Notes under the pieces: generated by a model
The model's database searches: none
What the model was told of the DNA's origin: nothing
What the model saw: the letters and a program-made list of their open reading frames with translations, nothing else
Shown: piece by piece, positions 37,435-39,891 of the stretch
Numbering within the stretch: the stretch's first letter is position 1
Layout: every line of letters begins with the position of its first letter
Assembly (NCBI RefSeq): GCF_001194135.2
Contig: NC_068988.1
Span: 6,636,313 to 6,676,203 of the forward strand
DNA length: 39,891 nt
Direction of reading: 5' to 3'
DNA from: Octopus bimaculoides
Lineage: Eukaryota
Translations under genes and position numbers: made by a program

Positions 37435-38020
37435 TCCCACCTTCCAGTTCTTGTCTTACTGATCGTATAGAGACGAGACTATAGCGAAAATACTTCTGCT
37501 GGAACATCAATGCAGCAACGAACGAGGGACTTCATTATGCAGCCATCTATTTCCAAGACATCCCACCTTTTTAATGCAAGCTTTCATCCATATTATTCTC
37601 CCCTGCCACAGCGCGCAGTGGATAAAGAACGAAAATATAAAGCAGCGACGCGAGACGATAAGAAACGGCATTAATCTTCACGGACGTAGAGCGCAATTGG
37701 AAACGATTCCGAGAGAAGATCATCCAGTCTTAGATCGGAAACGTTTCAATTGCCTCCTCCACGATGGTATTTGTCTGTCCAAGAACCAAATTTCAAACTA
37801 ACGGACTAATGTTTGGTCATTTAACCTGTCCACGGAAAAGAAACTTGCATTGTAAAACCGGAAAAAAAATCTATCGTCTGCGCATAGTGAAATTGTAATG
37901 GCTAATTGATCGAGACGATTGAACACATCTTGTACTAAATTGATTTCTTCCGTACAATGAATGCATCTACTTCGAACTCTCTCGAATGCTTGAGTAGTAT
38001 CGCATTTCAGAGAGAAACAA
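37435..38020 (+). mobile_element. Possible very old LINE C-terminal remnant (L1/Tx1-like zinc-knuckle region)
   Basis: One stop-riddled frame reads ...PPPRWYLSVQEPNFKLTD*...VCA**NCNG*LIETIEHILY*, resembling the CxxC..ETIEHxLxxC knuckle. Clade not secure. Confidence 0.3.
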
Positions 38021-38134
38021 TGCCGCATTAAAGAAATTCTTCCTTTTTCATGCTCAGCTGTTTGGTAAAAAATTCTTGGAGACAAGGAACTTTTCAGACA
38101 ATATTTAATTAATTTGCTAAATAATTACAAGCCA

Positions 38135-38209
<75 letters not shown>

Positions 38210-38310
38210 AGACATAAACATATATATACACATACACACACTTACATGTTAAGAAAGTATAAAACGCACATATACAATTTTACATACAGGTATAAATGCA
38301 TATATAAAGA

Positions 38311-38347
<37 letters not shown>

Positions 38348-38613
38348 AACATGCATATATGCATATATATGCATAAAATATTGTGTAAAAAGATTTATAT
38401 GACAATATAAGCAATTAAATGGAAGAGAACAACATGAATATAAATATATATCTTCTTCCGAATTCTGTCTTTGCTGTCTGTCCGTCTGTTTCTCACCCTC
38501 TCTCTTCCCATCTCTGTACGCACACATACACGCATACATACACACACACACAACAACAACACACACATATATATGCACGTATATGTATATTTTATATATG
38601 TGTAAGGGAGTGC

Positions 38614-38660
<47 letters not shown>

Positions 38661-38794
38661 TATACGTATGTGTGTGTATGTGTGTGCATATATATAAGTA
38701 TATATATACATATGTGTATGTATAATATACATACATACATACATACATACACGTACATACATGCATGAGTATATNNNNNNNNNNATATATATAT

Positions 38795-39480
38795 TTTTTT
38801 TTGATAGGTTTTGGCCAGTTTTGGGCCAGACCATGTCTAACTTAATAGCACCATCTTGTAAAGTCATTCAAATCAAGAATCAGAGAATATGGCCCACGCG
38901 AAAATCGAGTCGTTGTTTATGGAGACATATCCAGATGTAGGAGGTTTATCCGGGAATTTTGGGAGGAATTTGTCCAAAGACTTCTTAAATTTTATCGGGT
39001 TTGTTTCTGCTTCAATGTATTTGGGTGTAATGTTAAAGAGAGTGGGGTCAATTGAGGTGAACTAACTGTGCCGTATTGTTGTTATGTGATGCGAGTATGA
39101 TTTATGTTGTGGGCGGAGAGCACGGGGTTCAAGTCTGGGTGTATCTTCAAGGCGATGCCAACAACATTTGGGCAATGCTCATGGAATATTTCTCACATCA
39201 TGCAGATGATGTAGCGCTCACGGCTATGTTGAAGAGAATAAAGCTTGAGCTTTTCTAGTCGACCCCAATAGTCAAGCTCTGTCATGTCATCTATCTTTTT
39301 TGTAATTGACCTTTGGGGTGCTTCAGCTACCTTTGTGTGAGGAGATCACAGTGGACAACAGTATTCAAGGAGGGGTAAGGTCAAAGTGAAGACGAGAAGG
39401 GTAATGGTGTGGATATCTCGCGACTCGATAGTTCTGTAAACCCAGGAGCCATGACGATTTTGCTGTTTGTGAGTAGCTCA
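38795..39480 (-). mobile_element. Decayed CR1/L2-group LINE 3' end, same family as 850-1905
   Basis: Minus strand LPLLEYCCPL*SPH...LDYWGRLEKLKLYSLQHSRERYII...KIHP, frameshift, TLFNITPKYIEAETNPIKFKKSLDKFLPKFPDKPPTSGY; 3' UTR tggtgctattaagttagac matches 1848-1866. Confidence 0.92.
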
Positions 39481-39519
39481 GCTTATGTTGTTGTCTACAA
39501 TTGCTCCCAAGTCTCTGAG

Positions 39520-39550
39520 TTAGTGGTGGTGGTGGTGGTGGTGGTGGTGG

Positions 39551-39584
<34 letters not shown>

Positions 39585-39853
39585 ATCGATGATGACTAAG
39601 ATAGTGGCATTAGTGTTGATATTCATGATGATTATGATCATGATCGAGATGATGAAGTCGACGATGATGGAAACGACGATGATGATGATGTTAATGAGGA
39701 TGATGATGATGATGACGACGATGATGACGATGGCGAAGAGGACGACAATGATCATGATGATGGCGACCAACGATGATGAGCAGGAGGAGGAGGAGAAAGA
39801 GGATGAAGGGGAGGACAATGATGATGACGACAACAACGACGACGACCGAGATA

Positions 39854-39890
<37 letters not shown>

Positions 39891-39891
39891 C
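39520..39891. repeat. (GGT)n/(GAT)n/(GAC)n trinucleotide mosaic
   Basis: Direct reading. Confidence 0.95.

Overview
Repeat-saturated, AT-rich animal genomic DNA with about 18 assembly gaps (N runs, roughly 15% of the window). The repeat repertoire points to an octopus or other cephalopod draft assembly (inference from repeat families, not a database hit): very dense di-, tri- and tetranucleotide microsatellites, several tRNA-derived SINE families with swapped tails, and fragments of CR1-like, R4/Dong and RTE LINEs. I can support no complete protein-coding gene; almost all long ORFs in the track are microsatellite or N-gap artefacts. The most notable observations are: (1) a minimal type I hammerhead ribozyme (6362-6433) of the Penelope-like-element type, inside a structured element bounded by a 46-bp inverted repeat; (2) a same-strand series of YAG|GTGTNAAR sites heading short ORFs on the minus strand (GVK[KR]... 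in phase 1), either alternative terminal exons or T-box sites, with a competing plus-strand two-exon signal-peptide model over two of the same islands; (3) a two-step templated insertion inside a TSD-flanked SINE; (4) a repeated fixed-polarity arrangement of R4/Dong LINE ends and one SINE family around (AAT)n-type tracts.
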